From positions 3,545-67,544 of the forward strand of contig CAWDVJ010000002.1 in the NCBI GenBank assembly GCA_963805725.1: DNA of 64,000 nucleotides. Reading direction: 5' to 3'. The stretch is from an uncultured Gemmatimonadales bacterium. Lineage in GTDB: Bacteria; Gemmatimonadota; Gemmatimonadetes; Gemmatimonadales; Gemmatimonadaceae. The first letter of the stretch is position 1, and each line of letters begins with the position of its first letter. The position numbers and the translations under genes were made by a program. This document shows positions 1 to 10,740 of this stretch, piece by piece. Below the pieces are notes generated by a model. That model saw nothing but the letters and a program-made list of their open reading frames with translations. It had not been told where the DNA came from and searched no databases.

Positions 1-303
1 TGGAAGAGCCGATCCATCGCAGCGATGTAGCCCTGCGCGACCAACAAGTCATGCTCGGACGCGGCGTAAAGTGTGCCACACCCCATCGGTCGCGGATGAC
101 CGTGACGGGCTCGCGCAAGGAGGCTAAATGGAGCGTGTCCGGGGCGTGTGACGCCACGATAGGTCGGGCGATCTCCCGCTGCGCCGGAGCGCGTCTGGGC
201 ACAAGCGTCGTCGGTCCTTTCTCCGTGCTGGGTGAAAAATGGGCGCGGCGACCATGAACGAGAGCACGGCGGCCCTGCAGCTCGGTAGCAGATTCCCGTC
301 CAT
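1..303 (-). pseudogene. penicillin acylase (Ntn-hydrolase S45) family, N-terminal part; runs off the left edge and has frame changes
   Basis: Minus-strand translation gives LASLREPVTVIRDRWGVAH and, one frame over, LYAASEHDLLVAQGYIAAMDRLF. This matches the conserved RD.WGVPHI / GY..A.DRLFQ N-terminal block of penicillin/cephalosporin acylases. Candidate ATG at 303 (MDGNLLPSCRAAVLSFMVAAPIF). At least 2 frame changes. Confidence 0.5.
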
Positions 304-490
304 GATGGTCCGTCGGTTCCGCGCGGCTGGCAACGGTCCTCCATTAGTGAGTGACTCGCAATCGGTCGCTTCCGCGTCAGTGGAGCCTCGACTCCACTCT
401 TGGCGCAGGTTCTATTCTGCTGCTAGGGCGGCGACAGAACCAGGGGCAGGGACTGGCCCGTTCCCGCCTCCGCGCTGACATTTCCCGGCC

Positions 491-1801
491 ATGAGTGAAG
501 CGGCGACCCTTCAATCTGGCGGCGCGGCCCGCACGTCGGCCGCCACGCGATGGGGCCAGCTCGTCCTCGGCATCATCTGCATGTCGATGATCGCCAACCT
601 GCAGTACGGATGGACGCTCTTCGTGAATCCAATCCACGACCGCCACGGGTGGGGACTCCCGTCGATCCAACTCGCGTTCACGGTGTTCGTCGTGATCGAG
701 ACGTGGCTCGTGCCGCTCGAGGGGTACATCGTCGATCGGATCGGCCCGCGGTTCGTCGGCGTCATCGCCGGCGTGCTCGTCGCGATCGCGTGGGCGATCA
801 ACGGCGCTGCGCACTCGCTCGCGATGCTCTACGTGGGCGCGGTGGTCGGCGGCGTCGGGGCGGGCGCCGTCTACGGCGCATGCGTCGGCAACGCGCTCAA
901 GTGGTTCCCCGACCGGCGCGGGCTCGCCGCAGGGCTCACGGCGATGGGATTCGGCGCGGGATCCGCGCTCACCGTGTTCCCGATCGCCAACATGATCAAG
1001 TCGCACGGCTACGAGGCGACGTTCTTCAGGTTCGGCCTGGCGCAGGGGGCGGTCGTGTTCGTGATCAGCTGGTTCCTCCGCGCGCCCGATGCGTCGGTCA
1101 CCGCTGCCAAGCCGGTGCCGAAGCGCGCCGCCGCGTCCCTGGCCGCAACGACACGCCGATCGAGATGCTCCGCACGCCAGCATTCTGGGTGATGTACATC
1201 ATGTTCGTGCTCACCGCGACGGGCGGGCTTATCGCGACGGCGCAGCTCACGCCGATCGCGAAGGACTTCGGGATCGCCGACATCCCGGTGTCGCTCGTCG
1301 GGCTCACGGGCGCGGCGCTCCCGTTCGCGCTCTCGCTCAACCGCATTTTGAACGGCGTGAGCCGTCCCGCGTTCGGCTGGGTGTCGGATCACATCGGCCG
1401 CGAGAACACAATGTTCGTCGCGTTCGCGCTCGAGGGTATCGCGATCCTACTCCTGGGCGAGTTCGGACACGACCCGCTCGCATTCGTGCTGCTCACCGCC
1501 CTGACGTTCTTCGCGTACGGCGAGATCTACCGCTCTTCCCCGCGACGTGCGGCGACGAGTACGGCCGCAAGTTCGCCGCGGCGAACGCGGGGCTCCTGTA
1601 CACCGGCAAGGGGATGGCCTCGCTTCTCGTCCCGGTGAGCAGCGTGATCGGCGCCTCGGGACCGGGGGGATGGCATACGGTGTTCATCGTTGCGGCGGTG
1701 ATGAACCTGGTCGCGTCGGCGATGGCGCTCGTCGCGCTCAAGCCGGCGCGGCGCGCCGGCGGAGAAGGCGGGCGACGCAGCGGGCGACGACGGCGCGGTA
1801 G
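491..1801 (+). CDS. MFS transporter, oxalate/formate antiporter (OFA)-like; needs at least 2 frame changes
   Basis: The 491..1192 piece has LVLGIICMSMIANLQYGWTLFV, DRIGPRFV and AGLTAMGFGAGSAL. It continues from ~1150 in the frame of 550..1638 (TPIEMLRTPAFWVMYIMFVLTATGGL, NGVSRPAFGWVSDHIGRENTM). From ~1535 it continues in the frame of 1089..2534 (GDEYGRKFAAANAGLLYTGKGMASLLVP). The 3' end is uncertain. Confidence 0.8.
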
Positions 1802-1814
1802 GGGTGATCGCACA

Positions 1815-2829
1815 ATGAAGATCGCCGTCGTCGGCGCGGGCTCCATCGGCGGGTTCGTTGGCGGGCGGCTCGCCGCCGCCGGCGAGGAGGTCACGTTCAT
1901 CGCCCGCGGCGCGAACCTCGCGGCGATCCGCGCCAACGGCATGCGCGTGATCGGCGAGGACGGAAAGGAGACGGTCGCGAGGAACGCGCGCGCGGTCGAG
2001 TCTGCGGCCGAGCCGGCGCCCAGGATGTGGTCGTGCTCGCGGTCAAGGCGCATCAGGTGGGCGCCGTCGTCGGCACCGTCCAGCGCCTCTGCGGCGCGGA
2101 CACGCCGATCATCACGATGCAGAACGGCGTGCCGTGGTGGTACTTCCAGCGGCACGGCGGCGAGTACGACGGCACGCCGGTCCGCGCGGCGGATCCCGAC
2201 GGCGCCATCGCCCGCGCGATCGACCCCGCCCGCATCATCGGGAGCGTCGTCTATCCGGCGGCGGTGCTCGAGGCACCCGGCGTCGTGCGCGTCCTCGAGG
2301 GGCGACGCTTCACGCTCGGCGAGCTCGACGGCTCGACGACGCCCCGCATGCAGCGCATCGCCGCGGCTTTCACGCGGGCAGGGTTCAAGGCGCCGATCAC
2401 CGACGACATCCGCGGCGAGATCTGGCTCAAGGTGTGGGGCAACCTCAGCTTCAACCCGATCAGCGCGCTCACGCACGCGACGCTCGTCGACCTCCTCAAG
2501 TTCCCGCTCACGCGGGAGCTGTCCGCCGAGATGATGCGCGAGGCGGAGGCGATTGCGGCCAAGCTAGGCGTTACGTTCCGGGTCGGCATCGACAAGCGGC
2601 TCGCCGGCGCTGAGAGGGTCGGCGCGCACAAGACGTCGATGCTGCAGGACGTCGAAGCCGGCCGGCCAATGGAGATCGAGGCCTTGGTCGGCGCAGTCGT
2701 CGAGCTGGGACGTCTCACGAGCACGCCGACGCCGCATGTTGACGCGTGTACGCCTGCGCACGCCTGCTGGCGCAAACGCTCGCCGACACCGGCGGGTCGC
2801 TGACCGTTGCGCCCGCGAAGGCGCGCTGA
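1815..2829 (+). CDS. panE: 2-dehydropantoate 2-reductase (ApbA/PanE family); 2 frame changes
   Basis: Starts MKIAVVGAGSIGGFVGGRLAAAGEEVTFIARG (NAD(P) fold). Continues in the 2027..2803 frame (MQNGVPWW, GEIWLKVWGNLSFNPISALT, HKTSMLQDVEAGRPMEIEALVGAVVELG). The tail VYACARLLAQTLADTGGSLTVAPAKAR-stop is in a third frame from ~2748. Confidence 0.85.
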
Positions 2830-2850
2830 CGCTTTAGGAGGATCGCCCGA

Positions 2851-4386
2851 ATGACCGACGCAGGACAGACGATCGCCGAAGTTCTGGAGCCGGCGCGGAC
2901 CATGCGCCCGCCCTGAGCGCGCCCGGCGGGAAGCCGCTCACCTACGCCGCGCTCCGCGCGCACGTGACGACCATCGTGGCGGCGCTCGCGACGCAGGGAA
3001 TCGGCGCCAACGATCGCGTCGCAATCGTGCTCGACAACGGCCCCGAAGCCGCGTCGGCGTTCCTGAGATCGGCACGGCCGCAACGGCGGCGCCCCTCAAT
3101 CCGTCCTATCGCGCGGACGAGTTCGAGTTCTACCTCACCGACCTGCGCGCGAAGCTCCTCGTCATCGCGCACGGCAAGGAGTCGGCGGCCGTCGAGGTCG
3201 CGACGCGCCTCGGCGTCCCGATCGCTCGGTTGGCGCCGCGACCGGAGCGCGGCGCGGGGAGCTTCGACCTCGTGTTCGCGTCCAGCGCGTCGAGCGCGCC
3301 ACGCGCCACGCGCCGAGCCGTGCGACGAGCGACGACATCGCGCTCGTGCTGCACACGTCGGGGACGACGTCTCGCCCCAAGATCGTGCCGCTCGCGCAGA
3401 AGAACGTCTGCGCGTCGGCGGCGCACATCCGCTCCACGCTCGCGCTCACGGCGGACGACTGCGGCCTCGTGATCATGCCGCTGTTCCACATCCACGGCCT
3501 CGATTGCCGCCCTCCTCGCGCCGCTCTCGGCGGGCGGCGAGGTGTCGTGCTCGAGCGGGTTCAACGCGCTCAAGTTCTTCGCCTGGATGGGCGAGGTGCG
3601 GCCGACGTGGTATACCGGCGTGCCGACAATGCACCAGGCGATTCTGCTGCGCGCGCCGCACAACGCCGACGTCGTCCGGTCGCACCGGCTCCGATTCATC
3701 CGCTCGTCGTCGTCGCCGCTCCCGCCGACAGTGATCGCCGAGCTCGAGCGCGTGTTCGGCGCGCCGGTGATCGAGGCATACGGGATGACCGAGGCAGCGC
3801 ACCAGATGGCGAGCAATCCTTTGCCGCCTGGGACGCGCAAGCCGGGGACAGTAGGGCGCGCCGCCGGCCCCGAGGTGCGCGTGGTCGACTCGAACGGGAA
3901 ACCGGTCGCCGCCGGCACGCCGGGCGAGATCGTGATCCGCGGCCCGAACGTGATGAAGGAGTACGAGAACAATCCGACCGCGAACGCCGAGGCGTTCTAC
4001 GACGGATGGTTTCGCACGGGCGACCAGGGTATGATGGATGTCGACGGACTACCTGAGCATCACCGGCCGGCTCAAGGAGATCATCAATCGCGGCGGCGAG
4101 AAAATTTCACCGCGCGAAGTCGACGAGATCATCATGCTCCACCCGGCCGTCCATCAGTGCGTGACGTTCGCGCTCCCGCACAAGATGCTCGGCGAAGACG
4201 TCGCGGCCGCAGTCGTGCTTCGGCAAGGCCTCTCGGCCGACGACAAGGAGCTGCGCGTCTTCGCGTCGACGCGCCTCGCGCCGTTCAAGGTGCCGCAGCA
4301 AGATCCTCATACTCCCCGAGATTCCGGTGGGTGCGACGGGGAAGTTGCAGCGCATCGGCCTCGCCAAGAAACTGGGACTCGCATAA
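2851..4386 (+). CDS. AMP-dependent synthetase/ligase (short acyl-CoA synthetase, oxalate-CoA ligase/AAE3-like); about 6 frame changes
   Basis: Homologous blocks alternate between frames: [46 protein letters not shown] (AMP motif), [106 protein letters not shown]-stop. Frame changes at about 2905, 3068, 3335, 3510, 4045 and 4300. Confidence 0.85.
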
Positions 4387-4392
4387 CACTCC

Positions 4393-6348
4393 CTATTGTG
4401 CGCCGGCCATACTGTGGACGACGGCTTGTAGGGCGCGGACGCGTCGTACGTCGCTAGCGGTGCTCGCGTCGTTGCCCAGCCGGGTCGCGAGTCGGGTCAG
4501 CTCGCTCGTGCGCTGCGCGCCGCTCGCGTGCTCGGCCCGATCGAGGGCGCTCGAGATGGCCGACGTCTGGCCGGCGCTCAGTCCGCGGTCACGCACGAGC
4601 TGGTCGACGTAGGCACGCGCGACCGGGAATGCGGCGGGCCAGACCAGCTTGGGCTGGGTCTGCGGATTGAGCTCAGCGAAGCGCACGAGATTCGCCGCGT
4701 CGATCTCGTTCTGCGTGAGATCGGCCGTTGGTGTCAGCTTGAAGATGTCGAGTCCGCGTGCCTTGTCCGATCCGTACAGGTAACCGTTGTAGTAGTACGC
4801 TCCCCAGTAGCCGCCTCGGACCAACTTCGTGGAGTCGATCGGCCCGCGGTCGAAGTAGGCGATCTCCCGAGGGTGCGCGGGATCAGTGAAATCGAAAATC
4901 GAGATTCCGCCCCGATACCAGGCTTGTGACATGATGTCGCGCCCCGGTACGGGGATGAGAGAGCCGTTGTGCGCCACACAGTTTTCCGACGGGCCCTGGG
5001 CGGCCGGCAGCTTGAAGTAGCCAACGTGTGTCAGGGTGTCATGCTGCAGCCTGAAAATCGAATCCGCTCCCCAGTCGGCCGGATCCGTCGGGAGACACTT
5101 GGCCGCCCCACCACCGCCCCACTCGTCGGTGAAAAGAAGCGTGGTCGCGCTGTTGTTGAACGTCGCCGAATGCCAGAAGGCGAAGTTCGAATCGGCTACC
5201 GCCTGCAGCCTCACCGGATGCACCGGATCCTTGATGTTGAGCAGCAGACCGTAGCCCGAGCACGCACCACCAGCCAGGCCCATCGCTGGATAGACCGTGA
5301 TATCGTGGCATTGCGAGGGGCCGCCCGCACTGACGAACTGGCTCAGGGTTGCGGGCACCGTCACACCCATCAGGCGCAGCGAGTCGCTCAACACTCGCAC
5401 CTTGTCCGGGTTGTCCAGCTCGAGAAACAGCAGTGAGAACGTCCGGACGATGCGCAGAGAATCGGAGGCTGAGGTGTTCGGCGGCATCGGCGGCAAGAAC
5501 GGATGCGGCCCGCCCATGAGCGCCCCGTTGGCGGTGTCCGCGACGGCCAAGTTGTAATGCGGGGGCGCCGTGAGACCGCTGAAGATACGGGCCGAGCTGA
5601 CGATCCGGGCTTGTTCCGGATGAGCCAGCGGGACTCGAATAACCTCGATCCGAAACAGTGCGCTGTTCGGATCACTGACTTCGCCCTTGAGGCACTCAGG
5701 CATCTCCGTGGTCGAGCGCACTGGTCCCAGCCCCGACACGTAGATGTATACAACCCCTTTGTTGATCGGGTCCGGCACCATCGTATTGGTGTGCGATCCG
5801 CGGCATGTCTGTACATCGGCGACCTGTTTCGGTTGGGCCGGATCGGACACGTCGAAGATGCGAATCCCGATCATTCGCTCCTTACTGACAGTGTCCTCCA
5901 CACGCTGCATCCCACAGTCCAGCCGGCTCCCCCGGTTCTCTGCCGACACGAACAGCAAGTGACCGGCGAGCGAGACGTCGCCCTGCTCGGTGAAGCACGG
6001 GAGCGCGACCGCGAGCTTGGGGTCTTCCGGATTCGCGATATCCCAGATTTGTAACCCGTTGAAGTTCCCCTGGTACAGGTAGTGACCGCCGAACGCCAGA
6101 TCTGAGTTTGAATACGTCTGAACGGGCTCGTTGGGCTTGAAGACATCAGCCCTGTTCCGGTGGGCGACGAGGTCGAGACCCTTTGCGGCAACACCGGCGT
6201 CGTACAACCCACCCTTGAGGTGGTAGCGCACGTCGGTGGTATCCGCCTGGGCCTGCGCCAGCACCGGGACAGTCAGCGGCACCGCGGCCAAGAGGAGGGA
6301 CCAGCGGACGACGAATTCTGGGACAGACATGGACTGAGACCTCCTCAC
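4393..6348 (-). CDS. secreted LVIVD-repeat-like beta-propeller protein (cassette copy A, intact)
   Basis: 651-aa ORF. Signal peptide [29 protein letters not shown], from ATG 6330 preceded by GGAGG (the ORF-track start is GTG 6348). Blade-like repeats [47 protein letters not shown]. The motifs [18 protein letters not shown] and [17 protein letters not shown] are shared with copies B and C. Confidence 0.8.
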   Translation of the reverse strand: MRRSQSMSVPEFVVRWSLLLAAVPLTVPVLAQAQADTTDVRYHLKGGLYDAGVAAKGLDLVAHRNRADVFKPNEPVQTYSNSDLAFGGHYLYQGNFNGLQIWDIANPEDPKLAVALPCFTEQGDVSLAGHLLFVSAENRGSRLDCGMQRVEDTVSKERMIGIRIFDVSDPAQPKQVADVQTCRGSHTNTMVPDPINKGVVYIYVSGLGPVRSTTEMPECLKGEVSDPNSALFRIEVIRVPLAHPEQARIVSSARIFSGLTAPPHYNLAVADTANGALMGGPHPFLPPMPPNTSASDSLRIVRTFSLLFLELDNPDKVRVLSDSLRLMGVTVPATLSQFVSAGGPSQCHDITVYPAMGLAGGACSGYGLLLNIKDPVHPVRLQAVADSNFAFWHSATFNNSATTLLFTDEWGGGGAAKCLPTDPADWGADSIFRLQHDTLTHVGYFKLPAAQGPSENCVAHNGSLIPVPGRDIMSQAWYRGGISIFDFTDPAHPREIAYFDRGPIDSTKLVRGGYWGAYYYNGYLYGSDKARGLDIFKLTPTADLTQNEIDAANLVRFAELNPQTQPKLVWPAAFPVARAYVDQLVRDRGLSAGQTSAISSALDRAEHASGAQRTSELTRLATRLGNDASTASDVRRVRALQAVVHSMAGAQ

Positions 6349-6995
6349 TATTGCCTCCCGGTGAGCGACTGTAACAACGCTTGCATGCGCGCAATCTCGG
6401 CGCGCTGACCTGCGTCAATGTCGTTGGCGAATCCGGAAATATCCGACTGCTGACCTCCCCCTGGGGTCGCAAACAGCTGCGCTACCATCTTGAGCGCTCC
6501 CTCGTGATGCGGGATCATCCCCTGCAGGTAGAGACGGTCGAATTCGGTGCCGCGCGCCGCATCGAGTTGCCGCATTTGTGCGGGCGTGAGCATCCCCGAC
6601 ATTATCATCGGATCGAGACCCATGTCCATGTCCGGCATCTGCAGGGGGCTCGTGTCGTGCACGGGACCGACCTGCTTCGAGAGCATGTGCAGGGGATCGG
6701 GGGCCGCGAGACGGCGGTCGAGGAGCCAGTCCTGCATCAACCGGATCTCGTCCCGCTGTGAGAGTGCAATGCGCTTGGCGAGGACGAGGAGCCTCGGACT
6801 CGCATCATGGCTCGACGCCCAATCGGACATGACAACCGCTTGGGCGTGATGCATGATCATACCCTGCATGAAGATGACATCCGCCCCGGTGTAGTCGCGT
6901 GGAGTCGGCCCGGGCCCCTGGGCCAAGAGGGGCGTTGCGCACAGGGCGACGGTGGCGACCGCGGTGCGCCCCGACGCGATCGATCTATTCACCAA
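6348..6995 (-). CDS. DUF305 domain-containing protein (cassette copy A)
   Basis: 215 aa with a signal-like N-terminus. Two DUF305 half-sites, FMQGMIMHHAQAVVMS and YLQGMIPHHEGALKMV. The stop TAG at 6348-6350 abuts the start of the downstream propeller gene. Confidence 0.85.
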   Translation of the reverse strand: MVNRSIASGRTAVATVALCATPLLAQGPGPTPRDYTGADVIFMQGMIMHHAQAVVMSDWASSHDASPRLLVLAKRIALSQRDEIRLMQDWLLDRRLAAPDPLHMLSKQVGPVHDTSPLQMPDMDMGLDPMIMSGMLTPAQMRQLDAARGTEFDRLYLQGMIPHHEGALKMVAQLFATPGGGQQSDISGFANDIDAGQRAEIARMQALLQSLTGRQ

Positions 6996-7092
6996 TCCGC
7001 CTGAACAAACAAGAAGGAGAAAGTCGAAGATTGTGCGGCGGCATCATGCGGCATTCGAGTATGGAACCAGCGTGGTATGCGGCAACATGCCG

Positions 7093-7112
7093 GGGCGGCC
7101 CTCAAGCCGCCC
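7093..7112 (-). terminator. GC hairpin just after the 7114-8070 gene
   Basis: GGGCGGC-cctcaa-GCCGCCC, a 7-bp stem one nt beyond the stop codon. No clear U-tract. Confidence 0.4.
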
Positions 7113-7113
7113 A

Positions 7114-8070
7114 TCACGCTCCGACAGCCAAGAGAGGGTCAGTCCGGCTAATGGCCAACGACGAGACAATGAAAAGAACCACGCCGTCGGATGGACTGAC
7201 TGCTGTTTGCAGCACGGTCCCCTCGCAGTCCTTCACGCAGCCGAGGTTCTGACCGGCGTTTACGGCTTCATTAACCGCAACCGCCGGATACCAAAAGCCC
7301 GCGTGGTCGCTGCGCAACCACAGAAACCGTTCGAGGAGTGTGAACGGCACGGGCTCTGGAGCTCCACCCGAAATCATCTCGAGGTGGCGCATGAGACGGT
7401 TGAGACCATTCGCGTGCCATCGGACGTCCTCGGGCGCCCAAATTCCCTGTCCGCCGGATTCAGGCAGGATGGACGGAATGCCTGCAGCCGAGGCGGCCCA
7501 CACGGTCGACCCCGGAACCTCGCTGCCTACCAGAAAATGAATGCCGAAGATCTTCGCCATTTCCAGCGACATTTCATCGACATGGTTGTCGCCGGACCGG
7601 GAGAAGATCGTGAACGGAACCAGCGCTTCGATTAAATCGCCGCCATGCAAGTCCACATAACATGTGGCTTGCGTGATGACGTTGCCGAACAGCCAAGCCG
7701 CGATTTGTTCAGAGGCAGTGCCGTGCGCATCGCCCGGAAACACACGATTCGGATTCTTGCCGTCGAGAGGACAGACGTAAATGGAACGCGCCGCAAACGC
7801 AGGCATATCCACGACCGGCACCACAATCACGCGCCCGCACAGGCTTGCCGGTTCGAGAGAGCGTCCCAGTTCGAGCGCTGCGGCGATGCTGGCGTATTCC
7901 GCCGCGTGAACGCCGGCTGTCACCACGAGCGTCGGCCCTTCCCCAGCTCCATTGATGAGCCACATCGGAAGGCGGCAAGGGCCGCCCTGCACCACAAATT
8001 CATTTATTCCGAAGAGCTTCTCACCCGGTCCGGCTGAAAGCGCACCGACGGTTAATGGGTTCTTTGACAT
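7114..8070 (-). CDS. succinylglutamate desuccinylase/aspartoacylase (AstE/AspA, M14-like) family protein
   Basis: 318 aa. Family blocks GEGPTLVVTAGVHAAEYAS, NPNRVFPGD and YVDLHGGD. Lies 12 nt downstream of the MFS gene on the same strand. Confidence 0.85.
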   Translation of the reverse strand: MSKNPLTVGALSAGPGEKLFGINEFVVQGGPCRLPMWLINGAGEGPTLVVTAGVHAAEYASIAAALELGRSLEPASLCGRVIVVPVVDMPAFAARSIYVCPLDGKNPNRVFPGDAHGTASEQIAAWLFGNVITQATCYVDLHGGDLIEALVPFTIFSRSGDNHVDEMSLEMAKIFGIHFLVGSEVPGSTVWAASAAGIPSILPESGGQGIWAPEDVRWHANGLNRLMRHLEMISGGAPEPVPFTLLERFLWLRSDHAGFWYPAVAVNEAVNAGQNLGCVKDCEGTVLQTAVSPSDGVVLFIVSSLAISRTDPLLAVGA

Positions 8071-8082
8071 AGGCGTGTTTCC

Positions 8083-9435
8083 CTACCGTGCTGGATCAAC
8101 AGCGAAACTGCTCGAAGGATTCGATCGGTCCGGTAATGGGCGGCGCTCAATTGTTATCGTTTCCAGTCCGTGTGACGACGGGCCCTTTTCGACACGCCAC
8201 AACACGTAGGCGATGCACACGGCCAGCACCGCTATCCCGGTGAAGGTGTATAAGCTCGCACGGTAGCCGGCTGGATTTGCGGCGCTCGCTAGCCAGTGGT
8301 CGTTGGTCCAACCGATCAGCAAGTTGATAATGACCAGACCGAGCTGCTGCACCGAGTCCAACATTCCGTTGGCCAATCCCAGACGCGATCTGTCGACTAC
8401 GTAAACGAGCGCCGGCCACATGACCGCCGGCACCAGGGCGAACGCCACGCCCATCATGGCCATCGGGATTGCAGGCTGGATGTTGGTGAATCCCAGCATG
8501 GGAAATGCCGGTACGATCAGCAACGATCCCAACATCATGAGCAATGACCGGTGTCCGTAGCGATCGACGAGCAGGCCGAAGATTGGCATGCCGATCAGCG
8601 AGAAAAAAGGTTCCATGCCCACCAGCAGCGATGCAGTTTGCGGTGAGACATGCCGAGCCTCAATCAGAAATTTCTGTCCGAACGTTTCAAACGGGAAGAT
8701 GCAACCGTAGAAGGTGAAACACAGCGCTGCAATCAGCCAGAATGAACGACTAAACCGGAATACTTCACGCAAGGGGATTTTCACCGTTCTGGCGCTATGT
8801 CCCAAAGTGAATCGCCGTTCACCGCGTGCATCGAGAATCCAGTAGGCCGCAGCGCCAAGGAGGCAGAGTCCCCCGAAGGCCACGCCGAGAAGAAGAGGCC
8901 AGCGCCAATGAGTGTATGCCTGGGGCAACCAGGCCGGAGACACTTGCGCGCTCAGCGAGCCCAATCGCGCAGCCGACCCGCGGACGCCGAAGGCCAGACT
9001 CAACTCATGGGAGTAGAACCACCGCGCCACGGCGACGTTCGCGGAGAGCGCGAGGGCCTCTCCGCCAAAGCCCACCAGCAGGCGGCCAACGGCCATGACA
9101 GCCAGACGAGGGCTAAGGGCCGTGATAACCAAGCCGATGAAAATGAGGATGCCGAAAATCGACAGCGACTTCCGCGTTCCTGTCCGGTCAATGACCACGC
9201 CGCAGGCCAGCGCCATGACGATGTTCGGGAGACTATAGATGGCCTGCAGCAGGCCAATATCCGAGTTCGAGAAGTGGAGTTGGCGACTGAGCAGCGGCGC
9301 GAGCGGCCCAATGTAATCGAAGGCGTAATAGCCGCCGTAACAGGCGATTCCGATCACCGCGAGGATTGCCCAGCGGGACGCACGCGATGGCGCGGGCTTC
9401 TGAATCGCCTCCGGCTCGATCAAAGCGGCGCTCAT
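8083..9435 (-). CDS. MFS transporter
   Basis: 450 aa, multi-helix hydrophobic profile, loop motif VIDRTGTRKS. Probably co-transcribed with 7114-8070. Confidence 0.85.
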   Translation of the reverse strand: MSAALIEPEAIQKPAPSRASRWAILAVIGIACYGGYYAFDYIGPLAPLLSRQLHFSNSDIGLLQAIYSLPNIVMALACGVVIDRTGTRKSLSIFGILIFIGLVITALSPRLAVMAVGRLLVGFGGEALALSANVAVARWFYSHELSLAFGVRGSAARLGSLSAQVSPAWLPQAYTHWRWPLLLGVAFGGLCLLGAAAYWILDARGERRFTLGHSARTVKIPLREVFRFSRSFWLIAALCFTFYGCIFPFETFGQKFLIEARHVSPQTASLLVGMEPFFSLIGMPIFGLLVDRYGHRSLLMMLGSLLIVPAFPMLGFTNIQPAIPMAMMGVAFALVPAVMWPALVYVVDRSRLGLANGMLDSVQQLGLVIINLLIGWTNDHWLASAANPAGYRASLYTFTGIAVLAVCIAYVLWRVEKGPSSHGLETITIERRPLPDRSNPSSSFAVDPAR

Positions 9436-9703
9436 TCCAAGGCGCGCATTGAGATGAGCGTCTCCATAACAAGAGCATGACCAATTTGATACCGCCCCGC
9501 AATGCTGACAGGAGTGTGACGCGAACAGCCGTACTCAGACAGCTGATCGAAACGCGATGCCCGGCGCGCGACTGAGGAGACCGAGGAGCGTCGACTCAGT
9601 GGTTTCGCCGCGCCAACCTCCCGTCTCGTGGCCGGGATCGTGCAGTCACTTCCCGCCCCGAAGCGACAGCACGCTATCAACTTCTCCGATTTCGAGGTTA
9701 CCG

Positions 9704-10600
9704 ATGTCTACCGTTTCAGGCCCCGCGAGCCGTAGCGGCACCTTCACGATGGGCGGCGATCTAACCGTGCACCGGTTGGGCTTCGGCAGCATGCGCCTGA
9801 CGGGTCCGGGCATCTGGGGCGAGCCCCGAGATCACGACGAATCGATCGCCGTCCTTCGACGCGCGGTCGAGCTCGGGATCAATCTGATCGACACGGCGGA
9901 TTCCTATGGGCCGGGGGTGGCGGAGCGACTGATCGCGGAGGCGCTTTACCCCTACCCTGAAGGACTGATCATCGCGACAAAAGGAGGCTTCCAGCGACCT
10001 GGTTCAGATCGGTGGGTCGAGGATGGACGGCCGTTGCACCTCCGGGAAGCCTGTGATGACAGTCTCGGTCGGCTTCGCCTCGAGCGGATCGATCTGTACC
10101 AGTTGCACCGCATTGATCACAAGGTGCCGCTCGAAGATCAGATTGGCACGCTCGTCGACCTCCAGCGAGAGGGCAAGATTCGACACATTGGTCTCTCTGA
10201 AGTGACAGTCGCACAAATCGAGGCGGTCCGACGGTTGACGCCCATCGTCTCAGTTCAGAATCGATTCAACCTGATCGATCGTGCGTCGGAGCCCGTACTC
10301 GATTACTGCACGCGCCAGGGACTGGGCTTCATTCCCTGGTTCCCGCTGGCTACCGGCCGCCTCGCCGATGCCGAAGGGCCGGTCTCGCGCGTGTCAGCAC
10401 GTTTGCACGCGATGCCGGCGCAAGTCGCGCTCGCGTGGCTGCTTCGCAAGTCGCCCGTGATGCTCCCGATTCCCGGAACCGCGACGGTCCGGCACCTCGA
10501 GGAAAACACCGAGGCGGCACTCGTCAACATCGACAACGAATCTTTCGAGGAGTTGGACACCGCCGAATCGGCAGTCGCAAGTGGGTCGGCCGCGCGCTGA
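9704..10600 (+). CDS. aldo/keto reductase
   Basis: Start moved to ATG 9704 (MSTVSGP). Family blocks GFGSMRLTG, IDTADSYGPG, LYQLHRID and IPGTATVRHLEEN. Confidence 0.9.
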   Translation: MSTVSGPASRSGTFTMGGDLTVHRLGFGSMRLTGPGIWGEPRDHDESIAVLRRAVELGINLIDTADSYGPGVAERLIAEALYPYPEGLIIATKGGFQRPGSDRWVEDGRPLHLREACDDSLGRLRLERIDLYQLHRIDHKVPLEDQIGTLVDLQREGKIRHIGLSEVTVAQIEAVRRLTPIVSVQNRFNLIDRASEPVLDYCTRQGLGFIPWFPLATGRLADAEGPVSRVSARLHAMPAQVALAWLLRKSPVMLPIPGTATVRHLEENTEAALVNIDNESFEELDTAESAVASGSAAR

Positions 10601-10740
10601 GTAAAAATGCGTCCGTCATCGTTATTCGGAATGCCGAACCATGCGCATTGGTGCCGTCGGCGCCTCGAAAAGGTCCTACGTATTTGGAATGGCGCCCTGG
10701 GCGTGCCGAGGTGAGAATTGCAAGTTCGGAGACACATGCA

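Noticed and set aside
377-3972. Long minus-strand ORFs 377..1183 (268 aa), 1493..2476 (327 aa) and 3130..3972 (280 aa)
   Set aside because: They are antisense shadows of the MFS, panE and acyl-CoA synthetase genes in DNA of >70 % G+C. The products are Arg/Asp/His/Pro-rich and low in complexity with no family motifs, while the plus strand carries clear homology blocks.
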